Positions 12,779-26,600 of a stretch of 64,000 bases of DNA are shown piece by piece. A program made the translations under genes and the position numbers. Location of the stretch: the NCBI GenBank assembly GCA_965649765.1, contig OZ287753.1, positions 62,682,001-62,746,000 on the forward strand, in the 5' to 3' direction. This DNA is from Bispira polyomma (Eukaryota). Position 1 is the stretch's first letter; each line of letters begins with the position of its first letter. The notes under the pieces were generated by a model. That model did not search any database, was not told the origin of the DNA, and was given only the letters and a program-made list of their open reading frames with translations.

Positions 12779-13124
12779 TGGAGAATGCGTCAACCATGGT
12801 TTTCAACTGGCAGACCAATGACTGACCTGATGCAATTGCATGCCAGATTTATCATTGGCCTATTTACTACTCTAAGTATTCCTCTTGATACTACATTTCA
12901 GTGTACCTACTTAAGGACGATACCAGGTTACTTCTAAGCCGATCACTTTGGTTAGCACTGAGAAATTAGAAGAGGTTATTCCTGGTATTTTTCCCTCCTG
13001 TGCTGTGACTCAAGCTATGGAAATCATATAGAGTAGTAAATAGGCCAATGATAAATCTGGCATGCAATTGCATCAGGTCAGTCATTGGTCTGCCAGTTGA
13101 AAACCATGGTTGCCGCATTCTCCA
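12779..13124. repeat. 96-bp near-perfect inverted repeat with 154-bp spacer
   Basis: 12779-12874 is the reverse complement of 13029-13124 with one mismatch seen. Confidence 0.92.
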
Positions 13125-13243
13125 TATGTTGTTCCACACTCTTTGCATTAAGTATCACCTGGGCTACTCTTTAAGTTTCTGGGGGAGCCATTTGCAAGCC
13201 TGTTTGGTGTTGCTGATATTAATATTCAATTTTAATATAATCT

Positions 13244-13723
13244 TGGGGCTTTAGTGGTGTAGTGGTAACAAACTTGTCTCCCACTCTGCAGTCCTGGGTT
13301 TGAATCTTGGCCCTGACCTGTTTGTATAAACATTGGCAGTACACTTGCTGTGACCAGTTGTTTACAGAGCAGAAAATCTTGATCCACTACCCTGCTCTGA
13401 TTTCTTCCACCAGTGAGCTGTCCATCAGGATATGACACAAGACATTTGAATTTGAATTGGGATATTTAACGTCCACTCTAGTACCTGTTTAGGTTATATT
13501 GGGACGGGTAGTTGTAAACACTGGAGGAAACACTGAACTGCACTGAAACCAGCGGCCCACAGTAACGAACTACCACCTTTCCCACATAGGCATCGACAGG
13601 ATTCGAACTCACGCTGCCCAGAGGTGAGAGACCAGTGATTGTGAAGCGCAATGCTTGCTAACCACTAGGTCACCGCGGCCCCGACACAAGACATATGAAA
13701 AGTGACGAAAGATGACAACATAA
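13244..13723 (+). mobile_element. Older tRNA-derived SINE interrupted by a second SINE
   Basis: GGGGCTTTAGTGGTGTAGTGG A-box head, GGTTTGAATC B-box; putative 3' tail resumes after 13694. Confidence 0.65.
13446..13682 (-). mobile_element. Full-length tRNA-derived SINE (nested)
   Basis: Minus strand GGGGCCGCGGTGACCTAGTGG...GTTCGAATCC...(TTCAAA)n tail; perfect 12-bp TSD GACACAAGACAT at 13434-13445 and 13683-13694. Confidence 0.88.
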
Positions 13724-14356
13724 GTTGACTCATAAGTACTGATGTGGATTTATTTGATGAAAGTAGTCAACATGAAAGATTATAATCAGCAAGTTAATAG
13801 TGCTACTAAAGTACTGCCCTTAACAATGCTAAGGAACATTGAAAGAAAATAATGCAATACTAAAACACCTCGTTCAATTCAGAGTCATTTTACTACTACA
13901 ATAATAATCAGGTTCACAGCACACCTATTTCAAACTCGGTTAAAATCTGGTTGTCCATTTGTAGGTGTTGCTCATGTGTCTTCAGTCTATTAAATAAATG
14001 TTTCGATTTTGCTGGCAAGTTTGAGCATGTATACGTAGCATTGTGCAGTGCATGACAATTGGAGAAACTGTCGTGCAAATGATTAATGTACTAACCCAGA
14101 TGAATATGTGATGCAGGTAATAACTTTGGCTGTGTTACCTGCTTCAGTTTACCTATGTTCTCCCTGTGAACGTATTCTTGCTAAGATAAAGTGAGTTGAT
14201 GTGATTAGAAACAGGAAGGGTCATTATCAGCATAGCAAATGGGTAATGTTGAGGGTGTCATAATTTATACACTTAAGTTTGAGTAACAACGAACTTTTCA
14301 CTGGTCATATATTTACAGTCATCGTTGTAACTTATTTTCACTCATATCATGCTCAG

Positions 14357-14497
14357 CTGGTATATCTACCACTGAATCATCTTCTCCTGAATATGAGACT
14401 GAAGAAGTATGGGATGGAGAAAAATGGATTCTCCTTCATAAAATATGTCTAGAGAAATCTAGCACCAGATCCAACAGATCTAGTAGATCTTTCTCAG
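14357..14497 (+). CDS. Possible 141-nt cassette exon (GISTTESSSPEYETEEVWDGEKWILLHKICLEKSSTRSNRSSRSFS), phase 1/1
   Basis: CTCAG acceptor, CAG|GTAGAT donor, stop-free and frame-preserving; splice signals weaker than neighbours. Confidence 0.45.
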
Positions 14498-14575
14498 GTA
14501 GATAAACAGGGAAGAATATTCACAAAGATTATTAGACAGAAACCTACATGTTGTATATAGGACTTGCATCAAGGT

Positions 14576-14703
14576 AACTGATCCTAATGCTCTGAAGCAC
14601 TTGTTTATGTAGCATTTTGATCAGAAGACAGTCCAGCTGAACTAATCCTAATGCCCTGAATCACTTGTTTATGTAGCATTTTGATTAGAAGACAGTACAG
14701 TTG
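14576..14703 (+). repeat. ~64-bp tandem duplication
   Basis: AACT(G/A)ATCCTAATGC...AGAAGACAGT(C/A)CAG present twice. Confidence 0.85.
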
Positions 14704-17017
14704 GTTTTAATCTGATAATCTTTATGAGTATTAGCACATTCTAAGGATATAATATCGTCTTTGTTTTACATCATTGTTATTTCCGTTCAGTTAGTTTCTG
14801 TTCAAATTTTTGGTGAGCTTCAGAAATGTCCACTCCATTTCTTTACTGCAGTGAAGTTCAGCAAGGGCTTTCATTTAAGAAACTTGTGAATTTTGTGTCA
14901 CACTTTTTGATCATTTGAACCTTATCCTTTAAGTGTAGACTGATATATGTGTGTTTGTTGTCCTTCAATGTTTTGGTTATTTTTTTTAATGGGATGGGTT
15001 AGTATGTCTGAGGTTGTTTGATGTATCAAGAATCTTAGATTGTCCATGGTCTCAGATTTAGTCTTCATAAGCGTATAGGATTTTGCATTGGTAAATAGGT
15101 TTAAACTGTGGTATGGGAAAGGTAAATCACAAGACTGGTCGAATTCATTTAACTTTCTGTATTTTTATGCACGTACAGTTTTTCTTATTGCACTCCAGAC
15201 ATTTTGACAAGAACTTCATTTTCCATTTGTATATATCATTATTCTTTAGGTCCATGTTCTCTGCATCCTAATATTGTAAAGATTTTATGTTATCGCTTGA
15301 GATAAGGATTATCTATGTCTAATCTACTTGAATCAGACTTTTATGGCAGATCTTCATTATCGTGGATTCTAAGGCGCATTGATCGTTGTCATATTTCTTT
15401 CTCATAACATCCTTTAATAGAAGGTGGTCGTATCCGAAGAGACGCCGGAATGAATATGTGTCAATGGGTTTAACTTTAAACAGCCCATTGTGTAGGTACC
15501 AAATAGCATAAATAAGAACCATCATTAATGACTTATCCAATTATTTATCCATCCAATGATATATACTGTATGTACAGTGCCTTACTTTGCTGTGGACAAT
15601 CTCAAAAGTTGCCGATATGATGTCCAAAAGTGGATGTTAACAAATTAACTCAATTTAAATGCTGATCCAATTTGAGTTGGTGTCACAGTGTGGAAAATTA
15701 CCTAATGAGATATATGCCACTTTTCTGAGCAATTTGCTTCAGACAACCTAAGCAGCCCATTTAAAGCGCCTCTGCAAATGTAGAGTGTGTAAATAATTTT
15801 TGTGGTTGAATATCATTTTGGGCAGCCCAGTGATCATACATTGTAAAAATTGTTCTCTTTTGATATTTACTGATTTATTTTTTTAATGCACTCTATTTTC
15901 ATTTCATTAGATAGCTTTCAAACCTTTTACATTCTTTCCTGTCTATTATCGGTGTTTTAAATGTGTTGTGCATTATTCTGTAGTGTAGACATTAGCTGAA
16001 TAGCTTTCTTTAATCTGTATGATGATATTGTTTACCTTGTAGGTCATATAAAATTACATCTGTAGATTAAATTAATACACTCATATTTTATCTAGTAATT
16101 AATTTGAAACTTTTTTAATGACCTGATATGGTAAAAGGTTTCTCACATTAACATATGTGTGAGGGTCTGTTTATGGGCCACCACTTTCAGTTACTCATTT
16201 CTAAAAGGTTTGAAAAACAGTCCTCCTTATATTCATTCAGTGTGTAACACCGTAAAATCAAAGATGGCAACTATAGTCAACAGTTCTATTAGAAAAAGCT
16301 GCCAGGAGTAGTTCATCAGATATATTATATGTCAATATTAATCATTTGTTAGAAATATGTTAAAGTAAGTTATAATTTCAACATTTGTGACTAACCTTAA
16401 ATGATTAATTAGTTAATTTAGGCTAATTATTAAGTTCCGCAGTTCTAATGTACTCCTACTAAATATCCATCTCCACGGTTACAGTTGATCTAAAAGAGTG
16501 TAAGTGTAATGATAACAGCACTATACCCCAGTGAACCAAAATAAGGTAACAGCTTAGCTGGCGTCTTTTGTATATAGCTGTCCAGAGTCTGATTTATCAC
16601 GGGACACCTATTGAAAAAAATCAAAATCTTTGACAGTGCTTATTTCTTGCTGCTACAATTGTGTATTAATGTCACACACTTATAATAAATCTTGTGTAAA
16701 ATTTTATGTTGCTCAGATGTTGTATGTCACATCTTTTATTTGGAATGCTGCCTTTTTACAGGTGTTACTTGATTTTTTGCTTTAGTGGATGATTAAATAT
16801 TGGTGCGGAATAAACCAGAAGTAACAGAGAATATTTTTATTCCCTAAGTTCTACCATGGGTAATAGCTGGTTAAATATTGACAAAAGACGTTTTAAAAAA
16901 AATCAATAAACTTTTAAAAAACAGAAATAAACTATTTGGCATCCTTTTAACATCGAAATACTATTTTACCAATATTAGTAAAGGCTTTTGGTTACCACTT
17001 GTGCAATAATCTAACTA

Positions 17018-17203
17018 CAGTAGAACCTCTATTATCCGATCCTCTATTATCCGAATATTTGATTTTACGAGCTCATTGTTACTCTCCCAAACTTACTCTT
17101 TGCTATTGATTTATACTAAATTGCTTTTTCTAGTTCACGGACCTAGTATTATCAAAAAAAATTCTCACTCTACCAAGATGTCTGTAAAATAGAGGTTCTA
17201 CTG
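17018..17203 (+). mobile_element. Tc1/mariner-pogo-type MITE
   Basis: TA|CAGTAGAACCTCTATT ... AATAGAGGTTCTACTG|TA. Confidence 0.85.
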
Positions 17204-17472
17204 TATTTATGTTTCGCCAACCTATGTGTATATCTCTTTGTTGAAATTTAACCAAGACTGGCTCCAAAGTCTTTGTATTTTATCCTTATCCACCATGCAA
17301 TAAGTCATTATGATTCCTCTATGTTAATGGGCTAGTCCTTTCAGCACCAGTATCTATTAACAAAATCAAACTGCCGTCATGTAATGCTTGATAGAAAAGG
17401 ACTTGAAGTGGGTTTAACCTTTTATTAAAAAAATTAACTAATTCTACATGTTTACAAATCCATGTTTTTTAG

Positions 17473-17637
17473 GCCAAGATATTTCTGAACAAGAGTTGGC
17501 CGCTCAGTTGGCTGGGACTGAGACGATTGTGCGGGAGACGACTAGTACCACAGTAGAGAGTACCCCTGAGGTGGTACTACATGAGCCAGAGGTACCAGAG
17601 CGTAGTACCCCAGAGGAAACCAGGCCACAAGAAGATG
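17473..17637 (+). CDS. 165-nt exon (QDISEQELAAQLAG...EETRPQED), phase 1/1
   Basis: TTTTTTAG acceptor, G|GTGAGC donor, within ORF 17448-17672. Confidence 0.8.
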
Positions 17638-20600
17638 GTGAGCACAACTTAGACTGTGAAGTTTATTTATGAATGTAACAGTTAATGTATTATTCAATAG
17701 ATAAAGGCTTGTATATAAGTCGCATATACAATACGTATGCCTATCTACATGTATACATGTATAGTATTGTATTTTTAAAATAAACTGTTGTTTTGTTGTC
17801 TTTCTATTTCTTTTTTGTAAATTAAGAGACTGTTTTGTATAACTTTAATGAGAGAAAAAAAAAATGCCTCTATAATATCTTTTAAAATGGATTTAGTAGT
17901 ATCAAATTGTTCATTAAACTTTTCTCTATTAATTTGCTTAGTCAGTATCACCATTTTATTTTACTTTTGTTAAATTTGACTATTTAAGTATAGCTTAATA
18001 TACATTTACGTATATTATTATAACTTTATGAGTTTAGTATATTCAATTATTTCTTCGGTTACAACATCTTCTATTGTGTTTAAGGTTATATTTTAAAACA
18101 CTTTTTATTCTGTTTTTGTGTAGTCTAGAAAATTAAAAGCATGTTCCCTTGTTTAACATTGCAATTTTTCATGTTTATTTGTACATTTGTGTTTGTCTCA
18201 ATTTCATTGACTGGGCTCCAAAAAACTATTTGGCTAGTTTAGGAAGAATAATCCAGTTATATACATTGATTGATGCAGATTTATTGTTAAGTTGAAATTC
18301 ACATTTGTTTTCCCAGCCAGTAGAAAACGTATTGTTGCTATTTGTTCGATGTACTGTGTTAATGCTTTTTTCTTTATTTTATATTTTTGTGCGTGTTTTT
18401 TTCTGTTCAAATAGCAGTAATGTTAACAGTCAAAGTTAAAATGCCAGTGTTGTTTAATGCTTTTTTTGGAGCACTGTAAATTATACATGTTTTAATTGGC
18501 AAACGTAACTCTATTGGGTTTTGTGCAAGTAGATTCTGCTTTGTAGGATTTTTATGTTTGACCCATCCCAAATGGATGTCTAATATTCGAGTACTAATAG
18601 GTGTGTATTTAACACAGATTTAACAGTAATATGCCAAATTGGAATACTTATGTATGTCTATGGTATCATTTTGTACAGTGCCTTTGTATAAAAGAAACTT
18701 TTCTCAATGCGAAGAGGGTCAGAATTTATATAGTTTAGTTTACTTTCTTTATCATTATTAGTAAGTGGTTTAAAAGTCATGTACACATGTATGTATTAGT
18801 CTAATTCATGTAGCAATGTTATGTATTTGGTGAATAAAGCCATTAGATATAATATTTGTTTTAACTCTTTTTTTTTTTTCTCCCTCTTTTCAACCCTGAG
18901 AAACCTAAATCATGAAGAATAACCACCATGACTATTCCAATGCATTTGATCTGCTAGCAGCACTAATACTGCTGATAGTTGAGCTTTCAGTAGGACTTTC
19001 ATGTTGATCAATAGTAGCTGTGTCCATACAAACCCCACACAATCACCAAGTTTTCACCTTTTTGTCACCCGGTCTGCTTTTCTTGTACCTTTAATACTTA
19101 GGGTCATCTGTATGTATTTAAAGCTCCGGTTTATTCTATGTAATATTGGCGCATAAGTGAGTCTTAATATATATTTTGGATGACAAACCAAGAAAATTTC
19201 TTCTTATTAAAGTCGGATGATCACTTGTGTTCTTTGTAGTTTTGGCATTGTTCTGCTGGTTTTGACTTGATTTCGACATGTAATATTAATATATTAATCG
19301 TAATTTAACTTACAGATGGAATTTCATCACTTTTAATTGCTTTAAAAATGTACTTGACCCAGAATTTATATTATGTTTGTCTTTGTTAATTTGTACTTGT
19401 GAACTGAGTAAACGAAACAAAACATTGACTACAAGGCCAACCCATTAGTCAGTGACCTAGTGGATACTGATGGAAACTTTGAGAAACATTGTAGCGATCT
19501 AATAAAACAAAAACCTGCAAACCTGATCCTTTCAAACTGACATTAAACAAACCGTGCTAAATTTTTCTTTAGTTTTAGTTTTGTGCATTTTTGTTCTTCA
19601 CCTGTGAATGGGGAATAGGTGTGATACTGTGTTTGATTGTTCTAGAATGTTTTAATTGATCTAATCGTTGACTAGATTTTTATGCCAACCACAGACTGAC
19701 TCTTTAATCCCCCACTGAGATTACATAACTTTGAGATTGTTTGAACTTACAGTGTGTGGAAATGTTTGATAGATTTTGTCAGTTGTATGAATGTTTTAAT
19801 GAGAGATTGTGTGATTGAAATTATGATTATTCTATTTTTCATTTACTACGCTATAGTGTTCTGTATGAATAACAAAGTTTTTTTCGTTAGTAGGCATTAC
19901 TGGACAATTGGATATTTATCCTACCACCATTGATGGCTACCGCAGTATTGGTATGTAAGCTACATAAATTAGTGAACACTTAGACAAGATTTATGATAGA
20001 GTTGTCAGGATCTGATTATTAAAATGGCCTTTGTTATTTCAACTAATCAATTTTACTCTGTTGAAGAATTAAATCATACAACTTTCTTTGGATGTTAAGT
20101 CAAGAACAAGGGTTGTCCAAGAATCAGTTTTGCTTTCATTGTGCCATCACAAGATATGCTTCATAGACAGCTACTAAGCTAACTCAGTCTAATGAAGTTA
20201 ACCGATGTATTAACTCAGTAGAGCTGCTTGAGGTGTTGTAAGGCTTTTTTGTGATAATGTGACATGCCTTGGAGCTGAAAAGCTCTGGCTGTGAAGTCCA
20301 GTTTGTATACTTTGTGCTTTCTCTGTACCTACGCAATTACTGTGATTGCATTCTTTTTAAATACGAAAATAATGCATGAAACAGAAGAAAGTTTCCATTA
20401 CTCCATAGATAGGCAATACAAAATTGATCATAGATTTGAAAGTGGCACTGTATCTACTTCACATGCATGGATCAATCGTTCACTCTGGAAAAAGGTAATA
20501 TTGCCATATTTTTAAAACAAGCTTTTTTCATGGCATGCTGATAACTGTTGCACACCTTTTTGCCTTTGCTGTGATAATTTTAAGACCTCAGTTCTCACAT

Positions 20601-20640
20601 AACAGCTGAGACCATTTGTGATATGCTTTGAACATTGCAG

Positions 20641-23600
20641 AATATGACATTCCAAAGAAGACTGATCTTGGTGATGAAATAATTGAAGAACAGTTTGAAA
20701 TTATAAGCAAACAGCAGCACTATTTTGATGAAGCACCACAGTCAGTGCCTGAACCTGTTGAACTATTGTCTCAACAAAAACAGGAAGATTTGATTTTAGA
20801 TTCTATGACATATAGTGACCCAGATCTATTGGAAGTAAAATCGCATCATGTGTCTTTGCAAGATCAGTTATCAGATGCAATAGATGATACAGGTGATGAA
20901 AATCTGTCCACTGAAACCAGTGTTGATGAATATATTGATGTAGATAACGATGGCACAACAGTTAAAACGACGGTCACAACTGTAAGGTATTTCCATAATA
21001 CACCGCTTGATTCTAAAAAACCTGTCAGGACAGAGATAAAAGAACAAGTTCATATATTACCACCAGGTGTTACAGGACCATATGGCGACAACCTCAAAAC
21101 TGAGACATCTACAACTCAAGAGCAACAGCAAACTGGGGATGGATTATGGCTCAATAAGACCAAAACAACAACTGTTTTTTCTGAGATGCACAGTGATCTC
21201 CAAAAATCTGTTACAGAAGAATACCCTGGGGAAATGGACAAAAGAACTGATGTTAAAGATTTGGATGAGATTAGAGATGATGGCACCCAAGTAAAAAGGA
21301 GAATTGTGATTGTTACACACTTTCAAAGAGTCACTAGAAGAACTGTGATTGAAAATACTGAAAGAACTGAACAAATAGAGAAACCAATAGGTACTGAAAT
21401 ATTGGAGACCATTGTTGAACTGGGTCCGGGTGTAGAAAGCCAGGATGATACAGGCACTGTGAAGAAAACAACAGAGAAAGAAGAGGAAGAAACTCTTGAA
21501 GATGGTACTTGGTTACAAAAGAAAACAACTACAACAAGTGTTTCATTACTTGAAAAGCCAGTATCACCAGAGGATGCAGAGATGGTACAGGGTCCTGCTG
21601 TGTTTGAAAAAGAGGAGATAGAAGGTACATTTGTTGATGCTGTGGATAGCACGGAAATGGTAGATTCAAGAGAAGAACCGGAAGCAGTGATTCAAGAGAT
21701 ACCTGGTGATGTAGAAAGCAGGATTGATGAGAGTGAGACTGAATATATTAGGGATGATGGTACAAAGATAAAAACAAAATCTGTAGTAAAGAAGTACTTC
21801 CAAGTAGCTACCTTAAAGAAAATTGGTGATGATTCAGATGAGACAGAGGTCATAGAAAAACCAGTGGGTACGGAAGTTACAGAAGACATTGTTGAACTTG
21901 AACCAGGTGTTGAAAGTTCAGAAGATCCAAATATTGTAACAAAGACTGCAGAAAGAGAAGAGGAAGAAACACTAGATGATGGAACATGGATGAAAAGGAA
22001 GGTCATTACCAAGATATGTACCTTAATATCAAAGGGGGTCTCACCACAACCCGAAGAAGCATCACCCGGTCATGAAATTGAAGAGAAGGATATTTTGACT
22101 GTCACAGACATTTCAGAGCCCGTCAGTGACCAGCAGATGGAACCGATTGTTGAGGAATACCCTGGAGAAATGGATAAAAGAACTGATGTTGAAGATTTGG
22201 ATGATATTAGAGATGATGGCACCCAAGTAAAAAGGAGAATTGTAATTGTTACACACTTTCAAAGAGTCACTAGAAGAACTGTGATTGAAAATACTGAAAG
22301 AACTGAAGAAGTAGAGAAACCAATAGGTACTGAAATATTGGAGACCATTGTTGAACTGGGTCCGGGTGTAGAAAGCCAGGATGATGAAGGAACTGTGAAG
22401 AAAACAACGGAGAAAGAGGAGGAAGAAACTCTTGAAGATGGTACTTGGTTACAAAAGAAAACAATTACAACAACTGTTTCATTACTTGAAAAGCCAGTAT
22501 CAGCAGAGGATGCAGAGATGGTACAGGGTCCTGCTGAGTTTGAGAAAGAGGAGATAGAAGGTGCATTTGTTGATGCTGTGGATAGCACGGAAATGGTAGA
22601 TTCAAGAGAAGAACCGGAAGCAGTGATTCAAGAGATTCCTGGTGATGTAGAAAGCAGCATTGATGAGGGTGAGACTGAAAATATTAGGGATGATGGTACA
22701 AAGATAAAAACAAAATCTGTAGTAAAGAAGTACTTCCAAGTAGTTACCCTAAAGAAAGTTGGTGATGATTCAGATGAGACAGAGGTCATAGAAAAACCAG
22801 TGGGTACCGAAGTTACAGAAGACATTGTGGAACTTGAACCAGGTGTTGAAAGTTCAGAAGATCCAAACATTGTCACAAAGACTACAGAAAGAGAAGAGGA
22901 AGAAACATTAGATGATGGAACATGGATGAAAAGGAAGGTCATTACCAAGACATGTACCTTAATATCAAAGGGGGTCTCACCACAACCCGAAGAAGCATCA
23001 CCCGGTCATGAAATTGAAGAGAAGGATATTTTGACTGACACAGACATTTCAGAGCCTGTCAGTGACCAGCAGATGGAACCGATTGTTGAGGAATACCCTG
23101 GAGAAATGGATAAAAGAACTGATGTTGAAGATTTGGATGATATTAGAGATGATGGCACCCAAGTAAAAAGGAGAATTGTAATTGTTACACACTTTCAAAG
23201 AGTCACTAGAAGAACTGTGATTGAAAATACTGAAAGAACTGAAGAAGTAGAGAAACCAATAGGTACTGAAATATTGGAGACCATTGTTGAACTGGGTCCG
23301 GGTGTAGAAAGCCAGGATGATGAAGGAACTGTGAAGAAAACAACGGAGAAAGAGGAGGAAGAAACTCTTGAAGATGGTACTTGGTTACAAAAGAAAACAA
23401 CTACAACAAGTGTTTCATTACTTGAAAAGCCAGTATCAGCAGAGGATGCAGAGATGGTACAGGGTCCTGCTGAGTTTGAGAAAGAGGAGATAGAAGGTGC
23501 ATTTGTTGATGCTGTGGATAGCACGGAAATGGTAGATTCAAGAGAAGAACCGGAAGCAGTGATTCAAGAGATTCCTGGTGATGTAGAAAGCAGCATTGAT

Positions 23601-26600
23601 GAGAGTGAGACTGAAAATATTAGGGATGATGGTACAAAGATAAAAACAAAATCTGTAGTAAAGAAGTACTTCCAAGTAGTTACCCTAAAGAAAGTTGGTG
23701 ATGATTCAGATGAGACAGAGGTCATAGAAAAACCAGTGGGTACCGAAGTTACAGAAGACATTGTGGAACTTGAACCAGGTGTTGAAAGTTCAGAAGATCC
23801 AAACATTGTCACAAAGACTACAGAAAGAGAAGAGGAAGAAACATTAGATGATGGAACATGGATGAAAAGGAAGGTCATTACCAAGACATGTACCTTAATA
23901 TCAAAGGGGGTCTCACCACAACCCGAAGAAGCATCACCTGGTCATGAAATTGCAGAGAAGGACATTTTGACTGACACAGACATTTCAGAGCCTGTCAGTG
24001 ACCAGCAGATGGAACCGATTGTTGAGGAATACCCTGGAGAAATGGATAAAAGAACTGATGTTGAAGATTTGGATGATATTAGAGATGATGGCACCCAAGT
24101 AAAAAGGAGAATTGTGATTGTTACACACTTTCAAAGAGTCACTAGAAGAACTGTGATTGAAAATACTGAAAGAACTGAAGAAGTAGAGAAACCAATAGGT
24201 ACTGAAATATTGGAGACCATTGTTGAACTGGGTCCGGGTGTAGAAAGCCAGGATGATGAAGGAACTGTGAAGAAAACAACGGAGAAAGAGGAGGAAGAAA
24301 CTCTTGAAGATGGTACTTGGTTACAAAAGAAAACAACTACAACAAGTGTTTCATTACTTGAAAAGCCAGTATCACCCAAGGATGCAGAGATGGTACAGGG
24401 TCCTGCTGAGTTTGAGAAAGAGGAGATAGAAGGTGCATTTGTTGATGCTGTGGATAGCACGGAAATGGTAGATTCAAGAGAAGAACCTGAAGCAGTGATT
24501 CAAGAGATACCTGGTGATGTAGAAAGCAGCATTGATGAGAGTGAGACTGAATATATTAGGGATGATGGTACAAAGATAAAAACAAAATCTGTAGTAAAGA
24601 AGTACTTCCAAGTAGTTACCCTAAAGGAAGTTGGTAATGATTCAGATGAGACAGAGGTCATAGAAAAACCAGTGGGTACCGAAGTTACAGAAGACATTGT
24701 GGAACTTGAACCAGGTGTTGAAAGTTCAGAAGATCCAAACATTGTCACAAAGACTACAGAAAGAGAAGAGGAAGAAACACTAGATGATGGAACATGGATG
24801 AAAAGGAAGGTCATTACCAAGACATGTACCTTAATATCAAAGGGGGTCTCACCACAACCCGAAGAAGCATCACCTGGTCATGAAATTGCAGAGAAGGACA
24901 TTTTGACTGACACAGACATTTCAGAGCCTGTCAGTGACCAGCAGATGGAACCGATTGTTGAGGAATACCCTGGAGAAATGGATAAAAGAACTGATGTTGA
25001 AGATTTGGATGATATTAGAGATGATGGCACCCAAGTAAAAAGGAGAATTGTGATTGTTACACACTTTCAAAGAGTCACTAGAAGAACTGTGATTGAAAAT
25101 ACTGAAAGAACTGAAGAAGTAGAGAAACCAATAGGTACTGAAATATTGGAGACCATTGTTGAACTGGGTCCAGGTGTAGAAAGCCAGGATGATGAAGGAA
25201 CTGTGAAGAAAACAACGGAGAAAGAGGAGGAAGAAACTCTTGAAGATGGTACTTGGTTACAAAAGAAAACAACTACAACAAGTGTTTCATTACTTGAAAA
25301 GCCAGTATCACCAGAGGATGCAGAGATGGTACAGGGTCCTGCTGAGTTTGAGAAAGAGGAGATAGAAGGTGCATTTGTTGATGCTGTGAATAGCACGGAA
25401 ATGGTAGATTCAAGAGAAGAACCGGAAGCAGTGATTCAAGAGATTCCTGGTGATGTGGAAAGCAGCATTAATGAGAGTGAGACTGAAAATTTTAGGGATG
25501 ATGGTACAAAGATAAAAACAAAATCTGTAGTAAAGAAGTACTTCCAAGTAGTTACCCTAAAGAAAGTTGGTGATGATTCAGATGAAACAGAGGTCGTAGA
25601 AAAACCAGTGGGTACCGAAGTTACAGAAGACATTGTGGAACTTGAACCAGGTGTTGAAAGTTCAGAAGATCCAAATATTGTAACAAAGACTACAGAAAGA
25701 GAAGAGGAAGAAACACTAGATGATGGAACATGGATGAAAAGGAAGGTCATTACCAAGACATGTACCTTAATGTCAAAGGGGGACTCACCACAACCTGAAG
25801 AAGCATCACCTGGTCATGAAATTGCAGAGAAGGACATTTTGACTGACACAGACATTTCAGAGCCTGTCAGTGACCAGCAGATGGAACCGATTGTTGAGGA
25901 ATACCCTGGAGAAATGGATAAAAGAACTGATGTTGAAGATTTGGATGATATTAGAGATGATGGCACCCAAGTAAAAAGGAGAATTGTGATTGTTACACAC
26001 TTTCAAAGAGTCACTAGAAGAACTGTGATTGAAAATACTGAAAGAACTGAAGAAGTAGAGAAACCAATAGGAACTGAAATATTGGAGACCATTGTTGAAC
26101 TGGGTCCGGGTGTAGAAAGCCAGGATGATGAAGGAACTGTGAAGAAAACAACGGAGAAAGAGGAGGAAGAAACTCTTGAAGATGGTACTTGGTTACAAAA
26201 GAAAACAACTACAACAAGTGTTTCATTACTTGAAAAGCCAGTATCACCAGAGGATGCACAGATGGTACAGGGTCCTGCTGAGTTTGAGAAAGAGGAGATA
26301 GAAGGTGCATTTGTTGATGCTGTGAATAGCACGGAAATGGTAGATTCAAGAGAAGAACCGGAAGCAGTGATTCAAGAGATTCCTGGTGATGTGGAAAGCA
26401 GCATTAATGAGAGTGAGACTGAAAATTTTAGGGATGATGGTACAAAGATAAAAACAAAATCTGTAGTAAAGAAGTACTTCCAAGTAGTTACCCTAAAGAA
26501 AGTTGGTGATGATTCAGATGAAACAGAGGTCGTAGAAAAACCAGTGGGTACCGAAGTTACAGAAGACATTGTGGAACTTGAACCAGGTGTTGAAAGTTCA

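Noticed and set aside
1194-20515. Short intronic ORFs of 60-100 aa not assigned to exons
   Set aside because: Random-like composition, overlap with repeats, or no splice signals
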